NCBI RefSeq assembly: GCF_004010195.1
Contig: NC_057754.1
Location: forward strand, 5,100,220 to 5,164,219
Length of the DNA: 64,000 nucleotides
Source: Chiloscyllium plagiosum
Lineage: Eukaryota
Direction: 5' to 3'
Shown: piece after piece, positions 1 to 12,000 of the stretch
Layout of the letters: the number at the start of each line of letters is the position of its first letter
How positions within the stretch are numbered: position 1 is the stretch's first letter
The notes under the pieces: model-generated
Told to the model about the DNA's origin: nothing
Seen by the model: only the letters and a program-made list of their open reading frames with translations
The model's database searches: none
Translations under genes and position numbers: made by a program

Positions 1-699
1 CCAAGTAGCACCAAGGTATCGTTAGAAATAAAAGAAACAAACAGTCTCACTGCCAAGGAACCCTCTCATAATCCACTGACCCCTGCTAGAAAGTGACTTG
101 TGGAAATCGAGTTTGGACTGAATTGCACTCAGCACTTTTGCCCTTCACTCCAAGACTGAACAACCTCACAGAATTGTTACAGTGCAAAAGGCGGCCATTC
201 GGCCCACGGTGCTTGCACTCGTTCTTCAAATGAGCATCATCACCAGGTGTCAATCTCCTGCCTTTTCCCCACATCTCTGCACGCATCCAATGCCTTCCTG
301 AATGCCTCAATTGAACCTTCCTCTACCACATTTGCAGGCAGGGGATTTTGTTTTTATGTTTACAACAATAGAAGGTTGTTACACAGTCACCACTTGGCTT
401 GCTTTTCATTCTAGAATTAAAAAACTCAAATCTCACCGCCTATCAAAAATGGTACACGACGAAAATAACCAGAACATTCACGAGAATTTCTGGATTACTA
501 GTCCAGGGGCAATACCATGACATCACCACCTCCCCAAACTGGTGAAGCCACAACCTAAGGCTACTTACATACCAAGCAACATGCCATTACAACAGAGTGT
601 GCTGGGTGATCCCACAACCAGTAGATCAGATCTATTCTCTGCAGTTCTCCCACGTCCAGTTGTGAAAGGTGCTCAGAAGTTAAGTAACAGGAGGGAGGA

Positions 700-2180
700 G
701 GTGGCTCCCCAAATACCCCCCTCCTCAATGACGGCAGACCCCAGCAGATCAGTGTAAAAGATGAGGTTGAAGCATTTGCAACAATCTTCAGCCAGAAGTG
801 CTCAGTGGACAAACCATCTCAGTCTTACGCAGAAACCTAGCACAGTTACAACCCTGGCACCTACCCAGCATTATGGATAATTAAGCAGGTTTGCCGTGTC
901 AACAGAGAAGCTGGACAAATGCAATCCAGAAAATTATGGTGCCATCAGCCTACTCCCAATCAAAGTAAATGAGGTTGTCAACTGTCAGCACTTACTCAGC
1001 AATAAATGTTCAATAACACTCATTGTGGGTTCCACCTGGCTCACACAGTTCCTGACCTCATAACAACCTTTGTCCAAATATGGATAAGACAGCTGAACTC
1101 CTGAAGTGTGATCACAGCTTCTGCCCTTGACAACAATGTGACATTTTACTAAGTGTGGCTCCAAACAGCCCAAATAAAACTGGAGTCACTGAATCAAGGA
1201 GGGAACTCTCCATGGAGTTACACCCAGCACAAAGGTAGATAGCTGTGATTGTTGGAGGTCAATCATCTCAGCCACAGGATAGCATCGTAGTAGTTCTTTA
1301 GGGAAATGCCTTTGGTCCAACCATCTTCAGCTACTTTGTCAATGATTGTCACTCCATGATAAGGTCAAAGGCAGTGATGTTTGCTGATGAGTAGACGATA
1401 TTCACGAGCATTCATGACAACTCAAGCAATGCATATCCAAACACAGCTAGGCCCTGACAGCATCCAGGGTTAGACTGACAAGTGGCAAATAATATACATG
1501 TGCTATATGTGTGCGGGACAATGACCATTTCCAACAAGGGAGAGTCTAACCATTTTCCCTGGACATTCCATAGTACTAGCATTTCAGAATCCCCCATTAT
1601 CAGCATCATTGAACAGAAACTGAACAGAAAAATCTATGTAAAAATGATGGCTTCAAGTGCAGGTGACATGCTGGGAATTTTGCAGTGAATAATTCCATCC
1701 TGGGCCTTCAAGGTCTGTTCACCATCTATATGCCATGAGAGGTATGCTATACACTTCACTTGCTTGGAAGAAGACAGTCCTAACGACGCTCATGGAACTC
1801 AACATCATTCAGGAAAAAGCAGTGTGCTTGACTGGCATCTCATCTAACATCACTGACATTCACTTCATCCGCTATCAGTGCAGAGAGGCAGCAGCATGCA
1901 CTACAACAAGAGACACTGCAACAACTCACACAGGCTCTTTACAACACCACCTTCCCACCAGCAACATCTACTACCTAGGAGGCTGAAGGCAACAAGTCCA
2001 TGGGATCAAAATTACCTACAAGTTCCCCTCAAAGGCACACACCATCCCAACTTTGAACTATACTGCTGTTCCTTCATTGTTGCTGGGTCAAATTACTGAA
2101 ACCCCCTTCCTAACTGCATTGTACTTTCCCCTAAAACCCAAGTGCTGCAACAGTTCAAGACACAGCTAACCACCACCCTG
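700..2180 (+). mobile_element. decayed CR1/L2-clade LINE ORF2 (reverse transcriptase) fragment
   Basis: Degenerate NYxPISL-, S/GVPQG- and FADD-like codons (atgtttgctgatga near 1377), broken by stops; boundaries approximate. Confidence 0.6.
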
Positions 2181-4454
2181 TCAAAGGACAATAAGTTCCT
2201 TTTTATTCCTTCACAGAACGTGGGTGTCACTGGCTAGGCCAGCATTTAATGCCATCCCTAATCGGCTAGAGGTCAGTTAAGAATCAACCATATTGCTGTG
2301 AGTCTGGAGCCACACGTAAGCCAATCCAGGTAAACATGGCAGTTTCCTTCCCTAACGGAACACTGGTGAACCAGATTGGTTTTTCCAACGATCTACAATG
2401 ATTTCATCGTTAGACTCTTAACTCTGGATTTTTATTGAATTCAAGTTCCACCATCTGCTAGATCCCTTATACATGGGTCTGTAGATTAATAGTCCAGCAA
2501 TACCACTAAGCCATTGCCTCCCTAAACTGGTGATACGCAATAAATGCTGGTTATGCAATAAATGCTGGTTTAGCTTGTGAGTCCCACTTGCCATGGCGAA
2601 TAAATGTAACTTGGATGCAGAGTTAAATTTGGTATTTTGGGTGTGTATGGCCTGGAGACCCCTTCAAAGAATGGGAGGGAGCGTTTGGGTGGGCGGGTAG
2701 GATCGAAATTCAGCCCAGGAAGCTTTGTTCAAACCTTGGCTGTCCTGGTAAACATGCCTCCTGCGACCAACATCTTACTGCGCCCACACATTTACCTAAT
2801 GATAGTTACCTCATGATATTCAATACAGTTCAAATTACTCTACTGGTTGTTGAAGTCTTTGGGATTGCAACTGATGTTACAACTTAGTAAGTCACTGGGA
2901 AGTCCTTTTGTCCTCTACACTCTGAAATACAACACAAAGAATCACAGTAAAACAAAGCTGTTCTCATCAAAACCTCTAACTCTTGGCCCAGTTAGCAACA
3001 AGTTTGTCAAAACATCCTACTGACAGCCAGAGAAAGTGCCTGTCTACAATCAGAAAATTTAAGGTGAAATATGGGGTCTACTGACTGCTCAAATATCATG
3101 CAAGTATACAATCCATGTGTAGCATCAAAGCCTAAAGCTATGTACCAGAGAGCAATATTTTAGTAGTTGAATTTCAATTTAAAATTGTTACGATGACACT
3201 TACTTCATCACTATATTTCTCTTTATCACTTTCATGATTGCAGATGTCACTGACAATGTATCTGTTTCCCATCCCTAATTGCCCCTTGAGATAATTAGCT
3301 TCCTCAGCCATTTCTGAGGGCCACTAAAAATAAACCACTTTGCTGTAGGTCTGGAGTCACATTTAGGCCAATTGCAAAAAGCAGGCTAACACTGTCATAA
3401 CACAGCAGACAAAAGGATGTCCAACAACTTCAAACCAAGCATGTCGAACTCAAGCTGGGTGAGAAACTCCCTTATTCAATCCTACTTTGCCAGTAAGTGG
3501 CTAAAACATATTACCCGTGGATTATTGTGTTGATTTATGCAACATTTCTCCTCTATATCCAATTTTCAGCATGTTTTGATTATGTGTAGGTGACTGCACA
3601 GGGAATACCAAACAGAGGGATAATTCTACCAGTGAAAGAGGTATGCAAAGATATCTATCAATTACTCATTGGCTTATACACTGTATGAACACCACACATG
3701 AATGCCCTATTTCAGTAACTCTTCACTGCTTAATTGCCCTGCTGTGACCAGTTTAGGCCGACTCACGGAAACCGTCTTGGCAAGTGTGATCAGCAAGTAT
3801 GGGGAGGAAATAAACATGTCTGATAGCATTCAGAGAGGCTACAACAATTCTTGCAAATGAGGCAGATCAGCCTGGGAATGTGGTGACCAGCGAACAGGTC
3901 CCTGGATACAATGACAGCAACATCAAGCACTTTCAGATTGGACAAGAGATAAAGCTTTCTCCACACTGTCCTGTTAACACAGCAAAATGCAATGCTTTAA
4001 TATTTACTGCAGCCCAAACCATGTCAGATGTGTCCTTGAATGATATTTAGTACAGATGTCTGGTAGATTTCCAGCAAGGATCCATAACCCAAGTGTCTCT
4101 GGCTAGGTTCAAAACCAGATTCCCACTGCTGGTCAATTCACAGTCTTGATACAATGCCAAGTTTTTAATCCCAAATATCATATATCTCAGCTCAAGTGAC
4201 CACTGACCATGCACAATCAGAAAAGGCAGCAGACAAAGCCAAGAGGAGTCAGTGAGTGGCAGGCATCAAATAATTTAACTCAGAGGAATTGTCAGGGTCT
4301 GCCTGAGCAAAGCGCTAAACTGGGCAAGTAGCTAGCCTTGATAATATGGCCTCAAGCTACCTCTTGTTAGGCAGAAAGACTGTACCCCAACTCTCACACC
4401 AACTTAAGAAGAAAGGGACCAAACGCAAAGCAGCAACTCGGAGCCAGGAACTGA

Positions 4455-4830
4455 ATGTAAAACACCTGGTATTTATTGTATTAGTTTTCAATACAAGAAA
4501 ATGCATAAACTAAAAAAAAGAGAAGAGTCAGTTTTCTACTGCTGACAGAGGTGCAATGTACTCCTGACCAGCACAAAGAATTGTTACGACTTAAAAACAG
4601 AACACGCAGAACAAGCCCGGTTTTCAGAGAAAGCAGGAGAGGGGTTTGCCACTGCTCACTGCCAGTACAGTGAGCTGGTGTCTAGAACTGAGTTGTACTT
4701 TTAACTATTTCTAAAAATAAAAGATTAGGGGTGGGGTATCGCACCAAATGTCCTTTGCGCTACATCCCGCACAACCCGAAGACTCACACGTATACTGGGG
4801 GGAGGGGGACCCGGAGATACTTAATAATTC
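4455..4830 (-). other. RBM4: RBM4 non-coding terminal (3'UTR) exon
   Basis: Donor AAG|GTGAGG at 5450/5449, 7 nt after the stop; strong acceptor cttctttttgtttcttgcag at 4831; AATAAA at 4477..4472. The 3' end is approximate. Confidence 0.75.
4472..4477 (-). terminator. polyadenylation signal AATAAA of RBM4
   Basis: tttatt on the + strand at the end of the predicted 3'UTR exon. Confidence 0.65.
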
Positions 4831-5456
4831 CTGCAAGAAACAAAAAGAAGTACACACAAGGACGTCAATTTTGATTTCTCTAAATATATATGTTAAAATA
4901 AAGAGGCACACATCTCACCTCAAGTTTGCAGCCTGAAATCGACCACTCTGAAACACGCAGCCATTTCACCCTGTCCTACATGAGCCATGTCGATAACAAA
5001 CTCAGAGACATTCAGTGGCTAATGCACAAAGAACTGAGATCCTCGGCAGCACAGAAAGAAAAAAAAACTGTTCAATGTAAAGATAAAGATCACGAGGTTC
5101 TGTTACCACTAAGCACTTATCAACTTCAGTAACGGTGCAGTCTGCTGTTCTGGTCAACGTTCACCCAATCACCAGCTGTCATCACCTCTACGTAGAAGAG
5201 CTCTGGCTCCACAAGTTTCCTTCCAATAAAATGTGTGATTGGTCCCAATCCACACATAAATCTTAATGGAAGCACATCAGAAGCCTACTAAATAACACTG
5301 GGAATCCCAGCCCACCCTGAACCAATGTTACCCTGGGAGGAAGGGGGCAGAGGAAGAGGAGCCTTGAAGCTCCTTGTGCAATAGCCACCTGAAGTAGCAC
5401 CTGCAATGTCAGACACACACCTGCAGTTGGAAAGAGGATAGTGCCTCACCTTTGGA

Positions 5457-6031
5457 TCAGAACATAGAGTATCGCGAACGGTCCACGTAGGCATTTCCCA
5501 TTGTGCTCGGTATGTCATATGGAGATCTATTGGACAGTGCTGCCGCATTGACTTGTGTGTAATCAAACCCATATCCGGTGCTCGAGGGGGCCACAGGCAT
5601 CCGTCGCAGAGGGCTCCTATCCCGGTTGTAATAGGGAAGGGGCGAGGGCAGCACTGGGTGCCTCCCATAGGGATCTAACCCGCCAGGGACGCAATTGGCC
5701 ATCGCGGCGCCTATAGGTGCAAGCTGAGTTGGGCGCCGATCAAAGTAGGAGTCTCCCGTCGCCGCATATGGCTGTGCCGGGTAGCTCTCGTAGTGGTGAG
5801 CCATCCCGTACCGCTCATCGTACACAGGACGCTCTCCGTATGCTGACATGGGCCGCGTTGGGTAAGGTTGGGGGTAGTCGCAAGAGAATCCACCGTCAAA
5901 ACCGCCGCGATCTTTGGGGCATTCTTTAGACCAGTGGCCCTCTTTACCGCACCGGTAACAGCCATTTTTCTCGCCCATCCCAGGTTGTGTCCGAAGCCGG
6001 CTCCTCGACAGCTGGACATGGATCCGTTTGC
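5457..6031 (-). CDS. RBM4: RBM4 coding exon 3 (CCHC knuckle plus Tyr/Pro/Arg-rich tail)
   Basis: Acceptor ttttcaaag|GC AAA CGG ATC CAT; within ORF 5457..6104; TGA at 5459..5457. Confidence 0.95.
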
Positions 6032-9000
6032 CTTTGAAAACAAGACGCAAGAGAGTTTGCTCAATGACACTTTTCTTTGGAAAAAAAATGCGGTCTCTTG
6101 CCATGGTTCAGTTTAAACCCAGTGCAGAAGTGACAAGGTTTGGGATGGGATTTAGAGTTCTGGTTACAACTGTTACCAAAGGAGGCAGGTAGAGTGGTAG
6201 GGGAATCGACTAACCATCATTTAGTTAGGAGGGAGTGGAATGGGGAAAAGGAGATTTCAATTTTCTAAATGTTTTTGTGCATGAGGCTGAACAGAGATTG
6301 CACTCATCCACAATTAGTACTGGGGGAAAATTGTCAACTAGTTCTGTACACTGCACACTTGAAAGAGAGAGAGGGGTAGTCTCTCAATTAAGGTATTCCC
6401 CCTATTCCCTAAAGGAGTGGAAATTCCTCACAAGAATACAGCTGCAATTTCCTGAGTGCTACAGGTCTGACAGACCCTAAAACCTTGTACAGGAAAGACA
6501 GCACCCAGTTGATTGAATACTCCATTACCAGTGATGGTACCCAGAGTTTTTTCTCCCTTCCCTCCATCAGTTGAGAACTGTGGCTGGGTGGCATTATGCA
6601 CTGGTTCTGACAGAGAAGGCGACTCAAGCTCATGGTAACCATCAGGCAGAAAACAACATTTTTGTTTTAAAATGGCAATCTTTTTGTTGATTCTTATGAA
6701 TGGAGAAGCATTTTTTAATTGAGATGCGCAATTCCCTAGTTACTGCTCACCCTTTAAGACAAATGCCTTTTGGTACTTTTGACTCAACTAAGCCTGGAGA
6801 ATGAAGAAAAACCAAACAGTTGCTGAGCCAGACAGCAAGGAAACCAAAATATATGCCAAAGGATGTGACATTCGGTTAGCTCACATTACTCACCACTCAT
6901 CAATTCAATGAGGTCCATGTGGAGTATCAATATTCCTCAAAGTAAGGAGGAAATTTACAAAAGGAGCAAAATGATAAGGTTTCCTCTAAGACCAGTCAGA
7001 CTGCGTTGCTGAATGGTATCCTTCCAAAGAATGCCAGAATAGTGGGAAGGAATCCCACAAGATGACGCAGAGCAGCATGCGTTTGACCAGGCATGAGAAA
7101 AGTCTCCACATACCCATCTCCATGGTGGACTGATGAGAGGAACATGTGCTGACAAGGAAGAGAAAACGCAGCTGCAGAGAACACCAGATTTTCGTGAAGC
7201 TTCAACAGCAAATGAACAAAAATTCTACACCATGTCCACTTAGAGAAACAGCAGGCACCAGGTACCATTAGGGAATTCCTTCTGCAAACAGCCCCTTGAG
7301 CTCAACACACAAGTGACAGACTGATCTCACTATGGAACCAGTTCAGATGATGGCCAAGGAGAGCGTTACACAGGCATTATGAAAGAATAAGCTTTTCTAC
7401 TCTTTATTGTTATTAATATATCAGAAATGACCTAACTTCCAAATGTTTTGCTTCGGAACAATGGAATAACCTTTAACCTCTGTGGCCACATGCATTTACA
7501 GAAATTCAAGCTGTTGGTACCAATATATATTGATAGTCGGATTCAGATTTTACCCACCGGTGAGGCAAAAAGTAGAGAACACTCCCACGTCCAGGAATTT
7601 CATATAGTACAAACTTGAGCACAGAAAGGAGAGTTATTTTTGTTCTGAGGACTACCTGGTGATCAGCTCCTAGTTGCAGATGGATATGAATTAACATCAA
7701 TGACAACACTAAGAACATGAAACAAAGGAAGGACAAGACAAGAGGTGGGCTTGACACTGGAACCAGCCATTCTCTCGATAAACCTTCTGAACCGTGCAGG
7801 GAGCTTGCGTTTTCAAATTGGATAAAGTCTTTTCTGGGCAAAGACCAAGTTCTAACTTGTTTCATTAGGAGACAGGCAGCATTACAGATTCAGACACTGC
7901 TCTGAAACAGAGTAAAGCCATGATGCTGCATTCTGTTGAGTTTGGCCCAAGAATCAGTGACACATTTCCAGAGTTCCAACTCCAGTCTGTGTGCTCTCCT
8001 TGTGTGGGGCATTAGTGGGAGTGCAGTATTGCTGAATTACCCCCTTAATGCACATGTTACATCATCATAAAGAACACACTTGCAAACTCCAATAGGCAAC
8101 TGCTGAAACCGTCCTTGTTCAGCCCTTGTGGGGGCAGCTTTTGGGAATGTCACCCCATGTAGATAGAGAGCAAGCGCCAAATGAACAGCTGTCTGCCCAC
8201 AAACTACTACAGTGACAGCAACATCAACACATCCTCAACACTAATAATTTCAATCCCAGTGAAGAACAGTTATCTCAACGACTAATACTGAAAATGCTGA
8301 ACTTTCATTTAAAATGTAGGGTCTCTCCAGCTCAACTACTGTAATTTACCTACCAGTGAATGGGTAACTGATGTCTAGCTGTTGCAACCCAGACTACAGT
8401 CTATGCAAGTTATTCAAACAATTGCTAGAACTTGCAAACATTGAGTACTTTTTCTGAAAAGCTGAAAATTCTGTTATTATCAGTTTTCTCCTGATTGCAA
8501 CAACTCCAACTGGAGTACATTTCTTCATGTGCAAGTCTAGATGATGGGCTAATTGGCTGGGATAAAGAGCAGAACCCAGTCCTGCCCTTACTACTTCCTC
8601 TACTCTGCAGCTGTCAGTTTCCACTACCCCTCCAGCATGCAAAGACGATGAAACTTCCACTAGACAGCCAAGGAATCAACCAAAACCCTTCAGAAACGTA
8701 AAGCTCAGTGACAGACCACATCCTTATCAGAGTAATACAGATGTTTATCATTTCCAATACTGTTATCTGAGCCAGGTAATTTCTGCCCAGCTCCTGTTAG
8801 CTCTACAGCATCACTTTACATGCTGTCAGACATTGCACTCAGGATCACACATCACAACGCGGCCTTCAAGCAAAGCCCAAAACGCAGCTAATAGACTTCA
8901 GATGAATACCACTTGACAACTGTGAGAACAGAACTAAAAACTGACAGACATGGAAGAAAGTACAGTGAATGATCCCAATACTACTTACTTAGGGAAATTA

Positions 9001-12000
9001 TGAGACCTTCAAGTTTTGCTGACCCATTCGTGCCTCGGGAACTCTAAACCTACCAGCAGCATTCAAACAGGCAAAGTCTTCATCCATCTGTCAGTCCCTT
9101 ACAGGTGACCGATACAACTGTGGGAAGCATCGAATCTGTTTTCAATGAACATCAACAGGTGCCACTCCCTAAGGTTAGAGGGAGGGGAAAGGGGAGGTTA
9201 TTCAATAGGGATCAACAACTTATGTAGACTTAAATCCCTCGCCCCACCAGTACAGATATATTGTCAGATCGTCTGTCCAGTCAGTATATACTTGGAATGT
9301 GAACGAGGATTTTTGTGATTCAAGGGTCAAAGCCTCACTATCCTCACACGGAAACCAGTTAGAAACAACAACTGCACACAATTTCTAGAAATCAGTAAGT
9401 GTGGATGTAGACAATAGAATATAATCAGAATTTGCGAAGATCAGGTAATTTTTGAAAATGCTAGTATTTTACCATACGGGTATTTGGGGAGGGAGAGGAT
9501 AACAGACATTTATTTTTAAGATGTCAATTATTGCCTCTGTTCTTCCACTTCCCATTCGGAAAAGCTAACAGGGAATATTATGGGATTGTAAACAATGGCA
9601 GCCAGTATTGCAGTGGTATCCATGCTTGGTTTGGCCAGTGCCCAAGCCGGTACCATTTCCCTGCCCAATACCCTCCAGCAATTTCACCTTTAAATTCAGT
9701 GCCATCAAAGCCTCTGATGGCTTCCATGGCATCTTCCTCCCGCTCCATGTGTACAAAGGCATAGTCCTTGACAATGTCACACTCGATGACAGGTCCGTAC
9801 TCTTCGAACCTAGCTCGCAGCTCTTGGTTCGTGCACTCAGCTCCGATGTTACTGACATGCAGCTTAGTGGAGGTCTTCACCTTGCTCTTGCTGGCTTCAA
9901 CATTGATGGGAAGCCCGTGCAGCTTGTGGTGATGAAGGTTCTTGATCGCCTCATCTGCTGCCTCTTTATCCTCCATGTGCACAAAGCCATAATTCTATCA
10001 AGCAAAACAAAAAGTGGTGACATTTTATTTTTAAACCTGCCATCCAGTCCCGTGTACCTTGTGTATGAAAACAGCTGCACTATTATCTGATCACTGCCCA
10101 TAATCTTTTGAACCACGTTGTCTAACAGAGTCCTCCTCACACTTTGTTTCTTTGCTGAGTCTCTACAAACTGACAGTTCTTTACTTCCGTCTTCCCTCAA
10201 ATTAGACATTATTTCTTGTTCAAGGGGATATTTCAGAATACCCAGAACAGGTCCACTCCGATTAGAAAGAAAGACGCCCTGGAGAAAGGACTTCCCAGCC
10301 GTGGCTAACTAAAGTTAAAAGATAGTACCAATTGAAATGAAAAGCATATCAATTTACATAGGTTAGTGGCAAATCATAAGATTGGGAAAAATATAAAGAA
10401 CAGTAAAGAATGACTAAAACAATAATTAGGAAGAAATTAAGAGTGAGAGAAAAATCTAGCAAAAACATTAAGAGTTGTGACATGCACTTGAAAAGAACAA
10501 CTAAAGTGAGCACAGATCCTCGAGAAAGCAAGTCTGAGGAATTAGTAGTGGGAAATAAGGAAATAGTAGATCAAACAAACTTATATCTATCCTTACTGGA
10601 GAGGACATGAGGAAAGAACTTAAAACAATTAGGTATATCTGGAAAAAAGTGCTGAGAAATTTATTAGAACTAATAAGGTCCCAGTGGATTTCATCCTAGG
10701 GTCTTAACAGCTGCCGCTACTGAAAAATGAAATACAATTGTTCTAAGTTTCCGAAGTTCTCTAGATCCTGGCTAGGGCACATCAGACTAGAAAAGAGCCA
10801 ATGGGACTCCTTTATTTAAGGGGTGGAGCAGAACGGAGGAAAGAACAGACCAACCATCTTAACATCTGTCAGACAGAAAATGCTGGAATATTTAAGGAAG
10901 ATATAGCAGCTCATGAGACAATCTCAATGCAATTAGTTAAAAAATCACACAACACTACGTTATAGTCCAACAACTTTAACTGGAAGCACTAGCTTTCTGA
11001 GCGTTGCTCCTTCATCAGGTGGATGATGAAGGAGCGTCGCTCCGAAAGCTAGTGTGCTCCCAATTAAACCTGTTGGACTATAACCTGGTGTTGTGCGATT
11101 TTTAACTTTGTACACCCTAGTCCAACACCGGCATCTCCAAATCATCAATGAAATTAGGCAGAGTCAATGTGGTTTGGAGAGAGGCAAATAATATTTAATT
11201 AGTTTCTCAAAAAGCGTCCAATAAATTAACTGGGAATGCGGAAAAGGAGAACCTGTGGATATGCTGCATTTACTCCAAAAGGCATATGCCATATCATAGG
11301 ATTATTGCATGAAATAAGACCTTATGGTATTGCAGCAACACAACAGTGTAGTTAGAAATTTGGTTCGTCAACAGGAAGGACAGAACAGACATATACATAT
11401 CATTTTCATAGTGCAAGATATGATAGCCGAGTATATTATTGCCAGAGTACTAATCCAGAGACTCTGGTAATATTTGGGAGATAGTGGTTCAAATCCTGGG
11501 TCTGTCAGGATTCCGCTTTGTGCAGAGTGGGGGAGGGAAGTCATATGAGCGATATCCGGAGTTGGTCACACTAATAACAGGCTGGCCCCTGTCTGCTGTG
11601 ATTTCTTTATGGAACGAAATGGTGGCTGTGGTTAGCGCTGCTGCCTCACAGCACCAAGGACCCAGGTTCAATTTCACCCTCAGGCGACTGTCTGTGTGAA
11701 GTTTGTACATCCTTCCCGTGTCTGCATAGGTTTCCTCTGGATGCTCCGGCTTCCTCCCACAGTCCAAAAACATGCAGATTAGATGCATTGGTTGTGGGAA
11801 ATGCAGGATTACAGGGATAGGCCTCGGTACGATGCTCTTTATAGAGTTGTTGCGGACTTAATTGCCCGAATGACCTGCTTCCACACTGTAGGTATTCTAT
11901 GATTTCTAATACTGACTGGAGAGATTGGCCCCGAGGTCCCAACTAGTCACTACCTATTTTATTAACTAGGATAAAGAAACCAAATGTAGGATTATAAAAC

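Noticed and set aside
4650..4680. Iron-responsive element (CAGUG present on the transcript strand)
   Set aside because: No bulged C five pairs below the loop, and a G-G mismatch closes the would-be loop.
5288..6116. Overlapping alternative ORFs around RBM4 exon 3
   Set aside because: By-products of GC-rich coding sequence, with no independent start context or recognisable domain.
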